A stretch of 64,000 bases of DNA from Eledone cirrhosa (lineage: Eukaryota). Location of the stretch: assembly GCA_964016885.1 (NCBI GenBank), contig OZ024741.1, positions 55,490,001 through 55,554,000 of the forward strand. The letters run 5' to 3'. Below, piece after piece: positions 29,590-40,874 of this stretch. The first letter of the stretch is position 1, and each line of letters starts with the position of its first letter. Below the pieces are notes generated by a model that was not told the DNA's origin, did not search any database, and saw only the letters and a list, made by a program, of their open reading frames with translations. A program made the translations under genes and the position numbers.

Positions 29590-32500
29590 GCCACTTTTTC
29601 ATTGAGGATCTGCTATCAGGTAGAGCTTTTCTGGTGGACACAGGTGCAGTTTGTTCAATATGGCCTGTGTGTTGTATGAAGGAGACTCCCCTGAGACACC
29701 TATTGAGTTGCAGGCAGTAAATTGTTCGCCGATTCGAACTTTCGGACAAATCTCGCTACCTTTGCAGTTCCGTAATCTGCGGCGCGTGTTTAAATGGATA
29801 TTTACTGTCGCTGCCTTGCCGTATCCGATTCTAGGCGCGGATTTTCTCCACCATTTTTCATTGACGGTGGACCTCCGTCGTAAACGCCTAATTGATGGCA
29901 TCACTGGATTAACTGTTGTTGGCAAGGCAGCAGGAGTTCCAACGGTTAGCCCAACCTTTTTTCTTGCTAACACCGGTGATACTTACCATGCGTTGTTGAA
30001 CTCGTTCCCGCAACTGACTCAGGGAAATTTCCGAATTGATGAGCCAACTCATACCACGGAGCACTTCATATCTACAACTGGTGCTCCCGTTTTTTCTCGT
30101 CCTCGTCGCTTGCCTCCGGACAAACTCAAAGCAGCACGATCAGAGTTTGATCATATGCTGCAGTTGGGGATTATTCGTCCGTCCCCGAGCCCGTGGGCGT
30201 CCCCATTACACATGGTACCGAAAGCGACTGGCGATTGGAGGCCTACTGGAGATTATCGACGCCTAAATTCGATAACGGAACCGAACCGTTATCCTATCCC
30301 TCATCTGCAAGACTTTGCGTCTTCGTTGCAGGGATGCAAGATATTCTCCAAACTGGATTTAATTCGTGCGTACCATCAAATTCCTGTCCATAAAAATGAC
30401 ATTCCAAAAACGGCTATAGTTACGCCATTTGGGTCATTTGAGTTTTTGACCATGCCGTTCGGATTAAGGAATGCCGCTAGTACGTTTCAGCGGTTTATGG
30501 ATGATGTTACTCGCGGCCTCGATTTCGTCTATACCTATATTGACGACCTGCTCATTGCTAGTTCTTCTCAAGAGCAACATACGCACCATTTGAATCTTCT
30601 TTTCCGCCGATTGAAGGCGTATAACGTGCAGATTAATGCACCCAAATGTGTTTTTGGTGCTGAGTCACTGACTTTCTTGGGTCACGTCATCGATGCTGAC
30701 GGTATTCGACCCCGGCTTGAGCGAGTTAAGGTCATAGAGGATTTGCCTCCACCGACCTCACTACGTCAGTTACGCCAGTTCTTAGGCCTGATTAACTTTT
30801 ATAGGCGTTTCGTGCCAAATTGTGCAAGATTGCTTTTCTCCCTGACAGAAATTTTAAAAAATTGTCGGAAGAGGAACAAAGACATTTCTTTGACCGACAC
30901 CCAACTTTCTGATTTTCAGCACACCAAAACTGCTTTGGCTAATGCTTCGTTACTGACTCACCCGGTACCCGGTGCAAAGCTAACGCTTTGTGTTGATGCA
31001 TCGGATATCGCTGTGGGCGCTGTGCTACAGCAAAACATCAATGGTTACCAGCAACCGCTGGAGTTTTTTTCCAGAAAGCTGAAACCTGCTGAGACGCGCT
31101 ACAGCACCTTTGGAAGAGAGCTTTTAGCCATCTATTTGGCCGTGAAACATTTTTTACATATGCTTGAGGGTAGACTATTTACTATCCTCACTGACCATAA
31201 ACCATTGACTTTTGCGTTGAGAGCGAAGGCTGATAAATACTCGCCCAGAGAGACGAGACACCTTGATTTCATCTCGCAATATACGAATGATATCCAACAC
31301 ATTCCGGATTCACTAAATACAGCGGCCGATGCTTTGTCCCGCTTACCCGTGACAGCGATCCCGTCACCCTCTGACATAGATCTGACTCGTTTGGCTGCGG
31401 ATCAGCCTCCCCTTGAGTCATTGGATGTTACATCGCCCGAGTTCGCGAATTGCGAGATGAAATACTTGCCTCTGTCGACTGCAGTTGGCCAAATTCTCTG
31501 CGACGTCTCTTTGGACGTGCCTAGGCCCTTCGTTCCAGAGAATCATTGTCGGACCGTGTTTCTGGCATTACATGGTTTCTCGCATCCAGGATCTTCTGCC
31601 ACAGCAAAGCTCATATCAGCTAGATTTTTCTGGCCAAATATGAGGCGTGAAATTGCTGCTTGGTGCCGTTCCTGCGTCGCTTGCCAGAAATCAAAGGTCT
31701 ATCGACACGTCAAGGCTCCCCTGGGTACCTTTACTAACCCAGATGCGCGTTTTTCACACATTCATATTGATATAGTGGGACCTTGGCCTGTCAGCGATGG
31801 TTACTCTTACCTGCTGACCATAATTGACCGTTTTTCGAGATGGCCTGAAGCCATCCCCTTGAAAAACATCACCGCTGAGACAACAGCGCGTGCTCTTGTG
31901 TCTGGATGGATCTCTCGTTATGGAGTTCCATCCACAATAACTACCGACCGTGGACGACAGTTCGAGTCGAGCCTTTTCCTCGAGCTGTCAAAATTAATTG
32001 GTGCGAAACGCATTAGAACCACGGCGTACCATCCCGCTTCGAATGGTATGGTGGAGCGTTTTCACCGACAACTGAAGGCCTCCTTAATGGCCTCAATGGA
32101 CTCGGCGCATTGGAGCGAGTACCTCCCTATTGTGCTACTAGGGATTCGGTCAACGGTGAAGGTCGACTTTGGATTTTCACCGGCCGAAGTACTGTACGGT
32201 GCCCCTCTGACGTTTCCCGGGCAAATGCTTGCCCCTATCGATCTTGATACCCAAGATCACGCTTCCTACGTGTCCCGTTTGCGCTCCTATTTCCAGGATT
32301 TGCCGCCAGTGGACACTAGGAAACAAACTGTCAAGACTGCTGTCCCGAGGGATGTTCCCTCGTGGACGCATGTCTTTGTAAGGAAAGATTCTGTGAAGCC
32401 CCCGCTCACACAGCCTTACACTGGACCTTACCGTGTCTTAGCGCGCTCGGCTAAGCATTTCACTTTAGATATTAAAGGGTCCAGGGAGACAGTTACAATA

Positions 32501-32710
32501 GACAGGCTTAAGCAGGCACACCTTGACACGGACGCTGTGGTTCCTGATCCACGAACCTCTTCGTATTTGCCTGTTGAGCGAACGCCTGTTCCTGAACCAC
32601 CATCATCGCCTGTCCCTACACGACCACCATCGCCACGTTACAAGACCACGACCCGTTCAGGTCGTAGGGTCCACTGGCCCAAAAAGTTTTGCAGCACCGT
32701 CTATATTTAG
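29590..32710 (+). CDS. pol: pol polyprotein (protease frameshifted near FLVDTGA; RT, RNase H and integrase open for 1019 aa)
   Basis: FLVDTG, YIDD, DAS..GAVL and [35 protein letters not shown]. Confidence 0.95.
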
Positions 32711-32931
32711 ACTATGTTAGCTGCACCTTTTTTTTGCTTCTGTGTTTCTGCTTTTTCTTTGCCTTGTTTTTCATGCATGTTTTTTTTTTTTTTAACATTT
32801 TTCAAATCCTTATTTTGGATTTAATGATTGGTAGAGCGAATAGCTCCCCCTTGTTGCATTGTTCGCCATCTTACTCCACATGTGAGTAATGACATCGATT
32901 TTCGATGATTTGAAAATCTGGCAGGAGATAC

Positions 32932-33378
32932 TGTAGTAAGACGCCTCACATCCCCTGTCGGATAATAGAACAACCCATAGTTATCTCCCCCTGGTTGAGA
33001 ACACGAGAGGTAAACAGACAGCCACTGAAAAGCAGACTGAGCACACGCCACAGAAAACAGCCTCTGTACCACGAAACGATAAACAGCCAAGGGAACAGCA
33101 AACCCCACAATACTTTTGTAATTGTAATTCACCACAACTGACCGCGTCTATATTTGGTATGTTTTATTTGTAATATAATAAACACATATAACCAAAATAA
33201 ACATCACCATTATTTACAATTGTTGAATATAACTCTCGTTGTGGTTATTGTCTTGTTTACGCACACACCCCACTCACTTTGTTATAATTCTCACAAACAA
33301 AAATGGTAAATAGACGAGGGACCTTCCCTCACGTCTATGTCAATAAACAATCTAACTAGGATACTTCATTTTACCACA
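32932..33378 (+). repeat. 3' LTR
   Basis: Copy of 27626-28079 with a 7-bp deletion and a few substitutions. Confidence 0.95.
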
Positions 33379-33410
33379 CATATATTTATATATATATATA
33401 TATATATATA

Positions 33411-34277
33411 GTAGAATAATCGAGTATCGAAAAATCGGCGCACGAGTTCACGATAAACAAAATTCGAGATGAGCGGCAGAGGGCTCCATAATTCAAATAA
33501 ATCAGAGCTATAACTATCGTTAAAATACCGTCACACGTAGAATATGTCTACAATCAACCAAACAACCGAAAAATTGCGATATGGAAGATTCGGGACACTC
33601 AGATAAATTACCAATAAATCAATAAATCAAATGAATGTAAAAAGCATACCCGGACCCACTAGAGATATGGTATATCTAGCTTCTTGGGTTTCTGTAAATC
33701 CTTAAACCGTCCTCTATCAGCTCACATAAAAATATAAGACTTACAGACGACGGGGGACTGGAGTTACTTCTTCAACGAGCTTTAGTCCGAACGGATGAAA
33801 AGACAAAACCCAGGCTGAAAATACGCACATGGATTTCAGCAAGGGAGATAACCTTTATATCCGCAAAAAATATTCGGGAAAATGTGGAATAACACATATC
33901 GAATAAGAGTGCTCAATAGACATGTTAAAATAAACAGGAGCTATTCATCATTTAATAGAATCGACAAAAAAATGAACAATAAAATTAACTGGTCAATAGC
34001 TAGGTCTAGAGCTAAATATAGTAGAATAATCGAGTATCGAAAAATCGGCGCACGAGTTCACGATAAACAAAATTCGAGATGAGCGGCAGAGGGCTCCATA
34101 ATTCAAATAAATCAGAGCTGTAACTATCGTTAAAATACCGTCACACGTAGAATATGTCTACAATCAAACAAACAACCGAAAAATTGCGATATGGAAGATT
34201 CGGGACACTCAGATAAATTATCAATAAATCAATAAATCAAATGAATGTAAAAAGCATACCCGGACCCACTAGAGAGA
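33411..34277 (+). repeat. 1.4 copies of a 610-bp unit (256-bp direct repeat at 33411 and 34021)
   Basis: GTAGAATAATCGAGTATCG...CCCGGACCCACTAGAGA occurs twice. Confidence 0.9.
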
Positions 34278-34484
34278 TGTTCGTTTCTGAATTTGTTTAG
34301 CAAGATTCTTTATCTGAAATCGTGTGTTGAAACCGATATTGTTATACTTTGGGAGGGTCATGTTGCCAATAAGAAACACACGCACCAGTTGCTTTCACTT
34401 CAATTTATTATAATAAATTTATAATAAATTTATAAATTTCTAGTTGGTTGGTTGGTTCCACAACCAGATAGTTGTTTATATATT

Positions 34485-34527
34485 GTCATAGTTCTTTCGT
34501 CACACACTCTGTGACCTCTTCAGTGAC
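34485..34527 (-). ncRNA. Minimal type-I hammerhead ribozyme, family 3 (PLE 3' region)
   Basis: Reverse complement of 39392-39434. Confidence 0.78.
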
Positions 34528-34732
34528 TGGGGATTCCTTTCTTTGTTTCTGTGCCTCTCCTTTGTTCTGTCCTACGCCATTTTGTTTCTGTGTGTGTGCT
34601 GTGTGCTCAGTCTGCGCATGCGCCACATCCGGGTGTCTGTGTGTGTTTATGTTCATTTATTTATTTGTTTATTTATTTACATGTTACTGGTTGGTTGTTT
34701 GTTCTATGTATGTGTGTGTTTTCATTTTGTCC

Positions 34733-37700
34733 TTAATTGTAAGTTGTGATGTTGCTGTTCCACTCATATTTTCTATTTAATTTTGGTTGTAATTCTTTTA
34801 TGTTTATTGCCTCTGTGATTTGTCTAAACATTGCGTCTTTTCTGTGTGTAGATTCTATTTTTATTTCTATGTTCTCTAATTTACCCTTGTGTTCTATTTT
34901 ACCATGTTGGTAGAGTACAGATGATTCTTTACTATCTTGAAGGTCTCGCCAGTGTTCATTTATCCGTTCCCCTACACTACGAGCTGTCTCACCTATGTAC
35001 ACTATATTTTTGTCTCTACATTGTCCTTCAGTACATCTTATGCTATACACTACATTTCTAGTTTTACAGTTAATATGGGGGCTTATTTTACAGGTTATAC
35101 ATTTCTTATCTATACATGAGGGTCTTTGAAAAGGGTATGTCTTGCTAATAAGTGTTTTTATGGAGGTACCTAGTCTTTCTACTATCTTAATGTTGAGTTT
35201 ATGTTTATCTAGGGCCCTTCTAAATTTGTAGGCTAATTCACCTATAGGGGTTGTATCGATGAACATTACACTCTGGTATTTATTGCTATCATACCATGAG
35301 TTTATTCTATTAGCCTTGTTCCTAGTTCTTTCTATTCTATTCCAAAATTTGCTCCTATACAAGGGACAGGTCCCATTTATGTCATTATTTACCATTTTTT
35401 CCCATTTGGTTCTGGCTCCTCTATATACTCTGATTCTATCTCTCTGATTGTAGCCAGAGAACTGCATACGGTGGATGAAGTGTTGTATGTGTCTCTCTAG
35501 TTCTTCGGGGTTGCACATGCGGGACACGTTTCTCATCACCCGTACCAAATCCGCAATCAGTATGTTGATTTTGGTATGGTCCGAAACGGCCGAGTTTCGG
35601 TGGATCAGATGTTTGGAAGTCATGGGTTTGGCATAATGGGAATGGAGGATTTGTTTTTTGTTATTAATGGTATCTAACCAGAGCTCTATGTCTAGTACAG
35701 GTAATCGTTGGTTGGGGTGTTTACTTGGGTAGTCTATAGTAACTCTAATGCTCTGGTGGATGGAGTTAGCTATTTGCTGGATGCTTTCCATTGTGTTTTT
35801 CTCTAGTTCCTGACTGTTCTCTTGTGGGGGTGTCTTAACTACGATGTTTATATCATCAACGTAGCGGGAGTACATTATCAGGGTTAAGGGGTCTTCTAAT
35901 TGTTCTTTAAGTTTAAGTTTAAGTCTACTGTCCCACCATAACATGAATAAGTTAGCTATGTCGCCTGCAATGCTAACACCAATGGCTGCTCCTTCCTCTT
36001 GGACATATGTTTTTCCATTAAATTTGAACATATGTTCCTTAAGGGTTAGTTTTATGCTGGCCCCTACCGCATGTGTAATCATTTTCTTCAGTTCATCTAT
36101 CTGTGTGGGTTTTCTTGGCCATTGAGGTAATGGTAGGTGGTCTGCCTCTTGCTGGTCTTGTAGGGCACTGGTTGCTAAGGTCATATGTGTCTAGGTAATT
36201 ATTACTATAGGTAAGTTTAAGTAGGAGTCCCAGCTCACTGGTATCAACCCCACGGAACTCAACATTGCTCTCACTGATCATTTCTACGCATTTCTCCACA
36301 GCAAAATCCACGTCAATAGATGGATACAGGGACACAACATCCATACTACCTATTATGAAGTTTGTTATGTCCCTAGATCGGTTACCCTCGCCGATTCTGC
36401 TGAGGAGGTCCTCCGTGCTGTCACATACATCTGGGGACATTTCAATGATGGGGCGTATGATCAGGGAGAGGAAGTAGGACAGTCTGTAGTTACTAGCAAT
36501 GTTAGCTCCACAGACTGGCCGTGTTGGTGGTCCCGCGACAGGGTCACTGCCCGTTTTATGGTATTTTCGAAGCCCATACAACGCCGGCACGTCATTGTTC
36601 CAGGCCTGGAAGTTGTTGGCAGTCCTTTTGTTGGGCTGCATTATATTCCTCCACATCACCATATGGGCATTGAGGGCTTTTTCTCTATCCTCATGCTCCT
36701 GTGGTGTTACCTCTCTTGTGTTAGTGATGTGGGGTTGCATTGCCTGGATGTAGTTTGGCAGGCTCTCAACCGACATTCTGCCAGACTTGTCTGTTGGAAA
36801 GCATGCTATCTCTCCATTACGTGAGCGCTGCATGAGCTTACGCAAGCCATTTGCAGATTTTTCTCCCAGTTGCTGGGCCTCTATTCTATTATGCTTCTTG
36901 CTATACTGTTCTATAATATTTCTAATTTCGGATCTAGCTATACTAAATTGTGCTTCTGTTTGTTCATCGACCTGCGACGGCAATTGCGTGCGTTTGTTAA
37001 ATGGTAAAGTCGTGGCGTGGACTCGTCGCAGGTCGAACGATTTATCCGAGGGATTATAAAAAGTAGAGTTCCAGGCTGCTGCTTTATGTGTACTAGTGCT
37101 ATTGTTATTGTTAGTTGTGTTGTTTCTATTTCTATTTCCACCAACAGCCTCATGGTTGTTTCTATGTCTCTCATAATTACTCCTGTCTCTTTCCACTGGC
37201 TCATTGTTGTTATCTACCCTATTTTGTGTGTCTGTGTGTTCGTCTTGGTTATTTTCTTTGTCCTTAGTCTCCCTTCTCCTTTTAATCCTATTACTTTCCC
37301 TTATTTCTGTGATTTCTGTGCTACTGTCATTACTTGTTTTCTGTGTCTGTGTGTTTGTTAAGATTGTCGTGGTGGTGAGAGGCATTGAATGTGTGTGTGT
37401 TGTTGTTGTTGATGTGTGCTGTTGTTGATGTGTGTGTTATTATTGTTGTGTGTGTTGTTATTGTTGTTTGTGTCTGCGTGTCTGTTGTTGTTGTTTCTGG
37501 GTATGTTATTATTGTTGTTGTTGTTGGTGTGTGTGTTGTTGTTATTGTTGTTTGTGCCTGTGTGTCTGTTGTTGTTGGGATGTGTGTTGTATATGTGTGT
37601 GCGTATATTGTTGCTTTTGTTTTTGTTTTTGTTTTTGTTTTTGAGGCTCCAGCGTAGTTTTGTAAAGGATTTTCTATTTCTGACAGACAACCAATCATAT

Positions 37701-37815
37701 TTACCTTCTGAATGTCGCAAATTTCGGGGGTAGACGTAATACAGATAACTCATCGTCATCTATTACTGTGTTGCCGTATATATTTGTGTTGTTGTTGTTG
37801 TTGTTGAACTCATCT
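34733..37815 (-). pseudogene. PLE reverse transcriptase with C-terminal GIY-YIG endonuclease (Naiad-like), frameshifted
   Basis: LRLPPKFA, KLRW, TDKSGR, LYGLRK.HK, GPPTRPVCGA, GSMDVVSLYPSID, GAAIG, RYVDD, Cys-rich linker, VVYSIRC..YIGETARS. Confidence 0.92.
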
Positions 37816-39186
37816 GTTAATGATGAACTGAAGAAAATGATTGCACATGCGGTAGGGGCCAGCATAAAACTAACCCTTAAGGAACATATGTTCAAATTTA
37901 ATGGAAAAACATATGTCCAAGAGGAAGGAGCAGCCATTGGTGTTAGCATTGCAGGCGACATAGCTAACTTATTCATGGTATGGTGGGACAGTAGACTTAA
38001 ACTTAAACTTAAAGAACAATTAGAAGACCCCTTAACCCTGATAATGTACTCCCGCTACGTTGATGATATAAACATCGTAGTTAAGACACCCCCACTAGAG
38101 AACAGTCAGGAACTAGAGAAAAACACAATGGAAAGCATCCAGCAAATAGCTAACTCCATCCACCAGAGCATTAGAGTTACTATAGACTACCCAAGTAAAC
38201 ACCCCAACCAACGATTACCTGTACTAGACACAGAGCTCTGGTTAGATACCATTAATAACAAAAAACAAATCCTCCATTCCCATTATGCCAAACCCATGAC
38301 TTCCAAACATCTGATCCACCGAAACTCGGCCGTTTCGGACCATACCAAAATCAACATACTGATTGCGGATTTGGTACGGGTGATGAGAAACGTGTCCCGC
38401 ATGTGCAACCCCGAAGAACTAGAGAGACACATACAACACTTCATCCACCGTATGCAGTTCTCTGGCTACAATCAGAGAGATAGAATCAGAGTATATAGAG
38501 GAGCCAGAACCAAATGGGAAAAAATGGTAAATAATGACATAAATGGGACCTGTCCCTTGTATAGGAGCAAATTTTGGAATAGAATAGAAAGAACTAGGAA
38601 CAAGGCTAATAGAATAAACTCATGGTATGATAGCAATAAATACCAGAGTGTAATGTTCATCGATACAACCCCTATAGGTGAATTAGCCTACAAATTTAGA
38701 AGGGCCCTAGATAAACATAAACTCAACATTAAGATAGTAGAAAGACTAGGTACCTCCATAAAAACACTTATTAGCAAGACATACCCTTTTCAAAGACCCT
38801 CATGTATAGATAAGAAATGTATAACCTGTAAAATAAGCCCCCATATTAACTGTAAAACTAGAAATGTAGTGTATAGCATAAGATGTACTGAAGGACAATG
38901 TAGAGACAAAAATATAGTGTACATAGGTGAGACAGCTCGTAGTGTAGGGGAACGGATAAATGAACACTGGCGAGACCTTCAAGATAGTAAAGAATCATCT
39001 GTACTCTACCAACATGGTAAAATAGAACACAAGGGTAAATTAGAGAACATAGAAATAAAAATAGAATCTACACACAGAAAAGACGCAATGTTTAGACAAA
39101 TCACAGAGGCAATAAACATAAAAGAATTACAACCAAAATTAAATAGAAAATATGAGTGGAACAGCAACATCACAACTTACAATTAA
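37816..39186 (+). CDS. 5'-truncated inverted copy of the PLE RT/GIY-YIG C-terminal half
   Basis: Open frame from DELKKM to the stop; only about 4 amino-acid differences from the minus copy. Confidence 0.9.
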   Translation, partial: VNDELKKMIAHAVGASIKLTLKEHMFKFNGKTYVQEEGAAIGVSIAGDIANLFMVWWDSRLKLKLKEQLEDPLTLIMYSRYVDDINIVVKTPPLENSQELEKNTMESIQQIANSIHQSIRVTIDYPSKHPNQRLPVLDTELWLDTINNKKQILHSHYAKPMTSKHLIHRNSAVSDHTKINILIADLVRVMRNVSRMCNPEELERHIQHFIHRMQFSGYNQRDRIRVYRGARTKWEKMVNNDINGTCPLYRSKFWNRIERTRNKANRINSWYDSNKYQSVMFIDTTPIGELAYKFRRALDKHKLNIKIVERLGTSIKTLISKTYPFQRPSCIDKKCITCKISPHINCKTRNVVYSIRCTEGQCRDKNIVYIGETARSVGERINEHWRDLQDSKESSVLYQHGKIEHKGKLENIEIKIESTHRKDAMFRQITEAINIKELQPKLNRKYEWNSNITTYN

Positions 39187-39391
39187 GGACAAAATGAAAA
39201 CACACACATACATAGAACAAACAACCAACCAGTAACATGTAAATAAATAAACAAATAAATAAATGAACATAAACACACACAGACACCCGGATGTGGCGCA
39301 TGCGCAGACTGAGCACACAGCACACACACAGAAACAAAATGGCGTAGGACAGAACAAAGGAGAGGCACAGAAACAAAGAAAGGAATCCCCA

Positions 39392-39434
39392 GTCACTGAA
39401 GAGGTCACAGAGTGTGTGACGAAAGAACTATGAC
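39392..39434 (+). ncRNA. Minimal type-I hammerhead ribozyme, family 3 (PLE 3' region)
   Basis: gtca-CTGAAGA-g-GTCAC(agagtgt)GTGAC-GAA-AGAACT-A-tgac, about 205 nt downstream of the ORF stop. Confidence 0.78.
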
Positions 39435-39575
39435 AATATATAAACAACTATCTGGTTGTGGAACCAACCAACCAACTAGAAATTTATAAATTTATTATAA
39501 ATTTATTATAATAAATTGAAGTGAAAGCAACTGGTGCGTGTGTTTCTTATTGGCAACATGACCCTCCCAAAGTAT

Positions 39576-39645
<70 letters not shown>

Positions 39646-39650
<5 letters not shown>

Positions 39651-39713
39651 CAATCATGAGGTTGTGAGTTCGATTCTCTGACCGAGCGGTGCGGCCATTT
39701 CATATATATATAC

Positions 39714-39785
<72 letters not shown>

Positions 39786-40020
39786 TAAGTGAAGGCATAT
39801 GGTTTAGTGGTTACAGCTTTGGATTCACAATCGTGAGGTTGTGAGTTCGATTCTTTGACCGAGCGGTGCGACCATTGCTTCAGTTCACTCAGATGTAGAG
39901 ATGAGTTGCCAAACTGTATCGGCTCTTCTGTTTCCCATCGGTGGAGCGGGGACCGAAGATTGGTATGTGTGGGCGACTGCTGGTCTGTCACCACTTTGCT
40001 AGGGCTAATGACTCGGAGCT
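39646..40020 (+). mobile_element. tRNA-derived SINE (39789-40020) plus a truncated head (39646-39702)
   Basis: A box TGGTTTAGTGG and B box GAGTTCGATTC. Confidence 0.75.
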
Positions 40021-40164
40021 CTTATATATATATATACTTAAGTTAAATATTGATGCAATTCAATTCAACCACTCAACGTACTTTTTCCACATAGGAGTGA
40101 CGGAGTAAGTATTGAATAAGAAAAAGCGAACTAGTTTCAGATGTTAAAGTCCTTTAATAATAAT

Positions 40165-40239
40165 GCTGTGATACATATTTCAATGACGACAGTGACCACA
40201 CGCTTCGGTGTGCCCAGTGCCGTGACATCATCAGACAGC
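40165..40239 (-). ncRNA. Minimal type-I hammerhead ribozyme, family 4
   Basis: Reverse complement of 40800-40874. Confidence 0.78.
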
Positions 40240-40799
40240 TTGTTACATAATAAGGTTACGTTTCCGAGGCAATCCAAATTGAATCGACATGGGAACGGAC
40301 AAAGCGTGTGCTCTTGAGTTCTTCGCCCGTTCCCTTGTGAGTCCCAATTCACCCCCACCGGTCTGCACAGGTGCAAGTCCGAAGGAAGTTGACCATCAAC
40401 TATCGCAGAGTTCTATGAAACTCACCTAGGCAGGTCTCCCCCTCTCAACCAAACAATGACCCCATCCAGGCCTGTAATATGACACGGTTATAGCTTACTG
40501 CTAGCCACCCTGTTAGTGGCAGCCGGCCGAAAGCTAGTGGGGGTAGGAGAGTATGAGTATCAATAGGTCCCAATACTACCCCTAAATTAAGCATGGACAG
40601 TAGAACCTCCTAGGCGAGTTTCGTAGAACTCTGCGGTAGTTGATGGTCAACTTCCTTCGGGCTTGCGCCTGCGCAGACCGGTGGGGGTGAATTGGGACTC
40701 ACAAGGGAACGGGCGAAGAACTCAAGAGCACACACTTTGTCCGTTCCCATGTCGATTCAATTTGGATTGCCTCGGAAACGTAACCTTATTATGTAACAA

Positions 40800-40874
40800 G
40801 CTGTCTGATGATGTCACGGCACTGGGCACACCGAAGCGTGTGGTCACTGTCGTCATTGAAATATGTATCACAGC
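40800..40874 (+). ncRNA. Minimal type-I hammerhead ribozyme, family 4
   Basis: gctgt-CTGATGA-tg..(long stem II)..catt-GAA-ATATGTAT-C-acagc; AUC triplet. Confidence 0.78.

Larger units (their letters stand above)
27626..33378 (+). mobile_element. Ty3/Gypsy LTR retrotransposon, full length, inserted in (TA)n
   Basis: Two near-identical LTRs, PBS, purine-rich tract before the 3' LTR, gag, and PR-RT-RH-IN domain order. Confidence 0.97.
34281..39582. mobile_element. Naiad-type Penelope-like element as a 5.3-kb fold-back (long minus copy 34281-37815, inverted 3' copy 37816-39582)
   Basis: Mirror RT/GIY-YIG ORFs, mirror 3'UTRs with an HHR, and an extra 58-bp tail on the left arm. Confidence 0.93.

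Noticed and set aside
37640-37705. Intron at AG|GTAAAT in the Naiad 5' ORF
   Set aside because: The sequence reads through as F-R-x-V-N-M-I-G-C-L-S-E-I-E-K-S-F-T-K-L-R-W with two 1-nt frameshifts, so no intron is needed.
38790-38910. Selenocysteine recoding, as reported for some Naiad PLEs
   Set aside because: The Cys-rich linker uses TGT codons and has no in-frame TGA. The break at 36093 is a frameshift.
39789-39870. tRNA gene
   Set aside because: A and B boxes are present but there is no acceptor stem, and the sequence continues into a SINE body.
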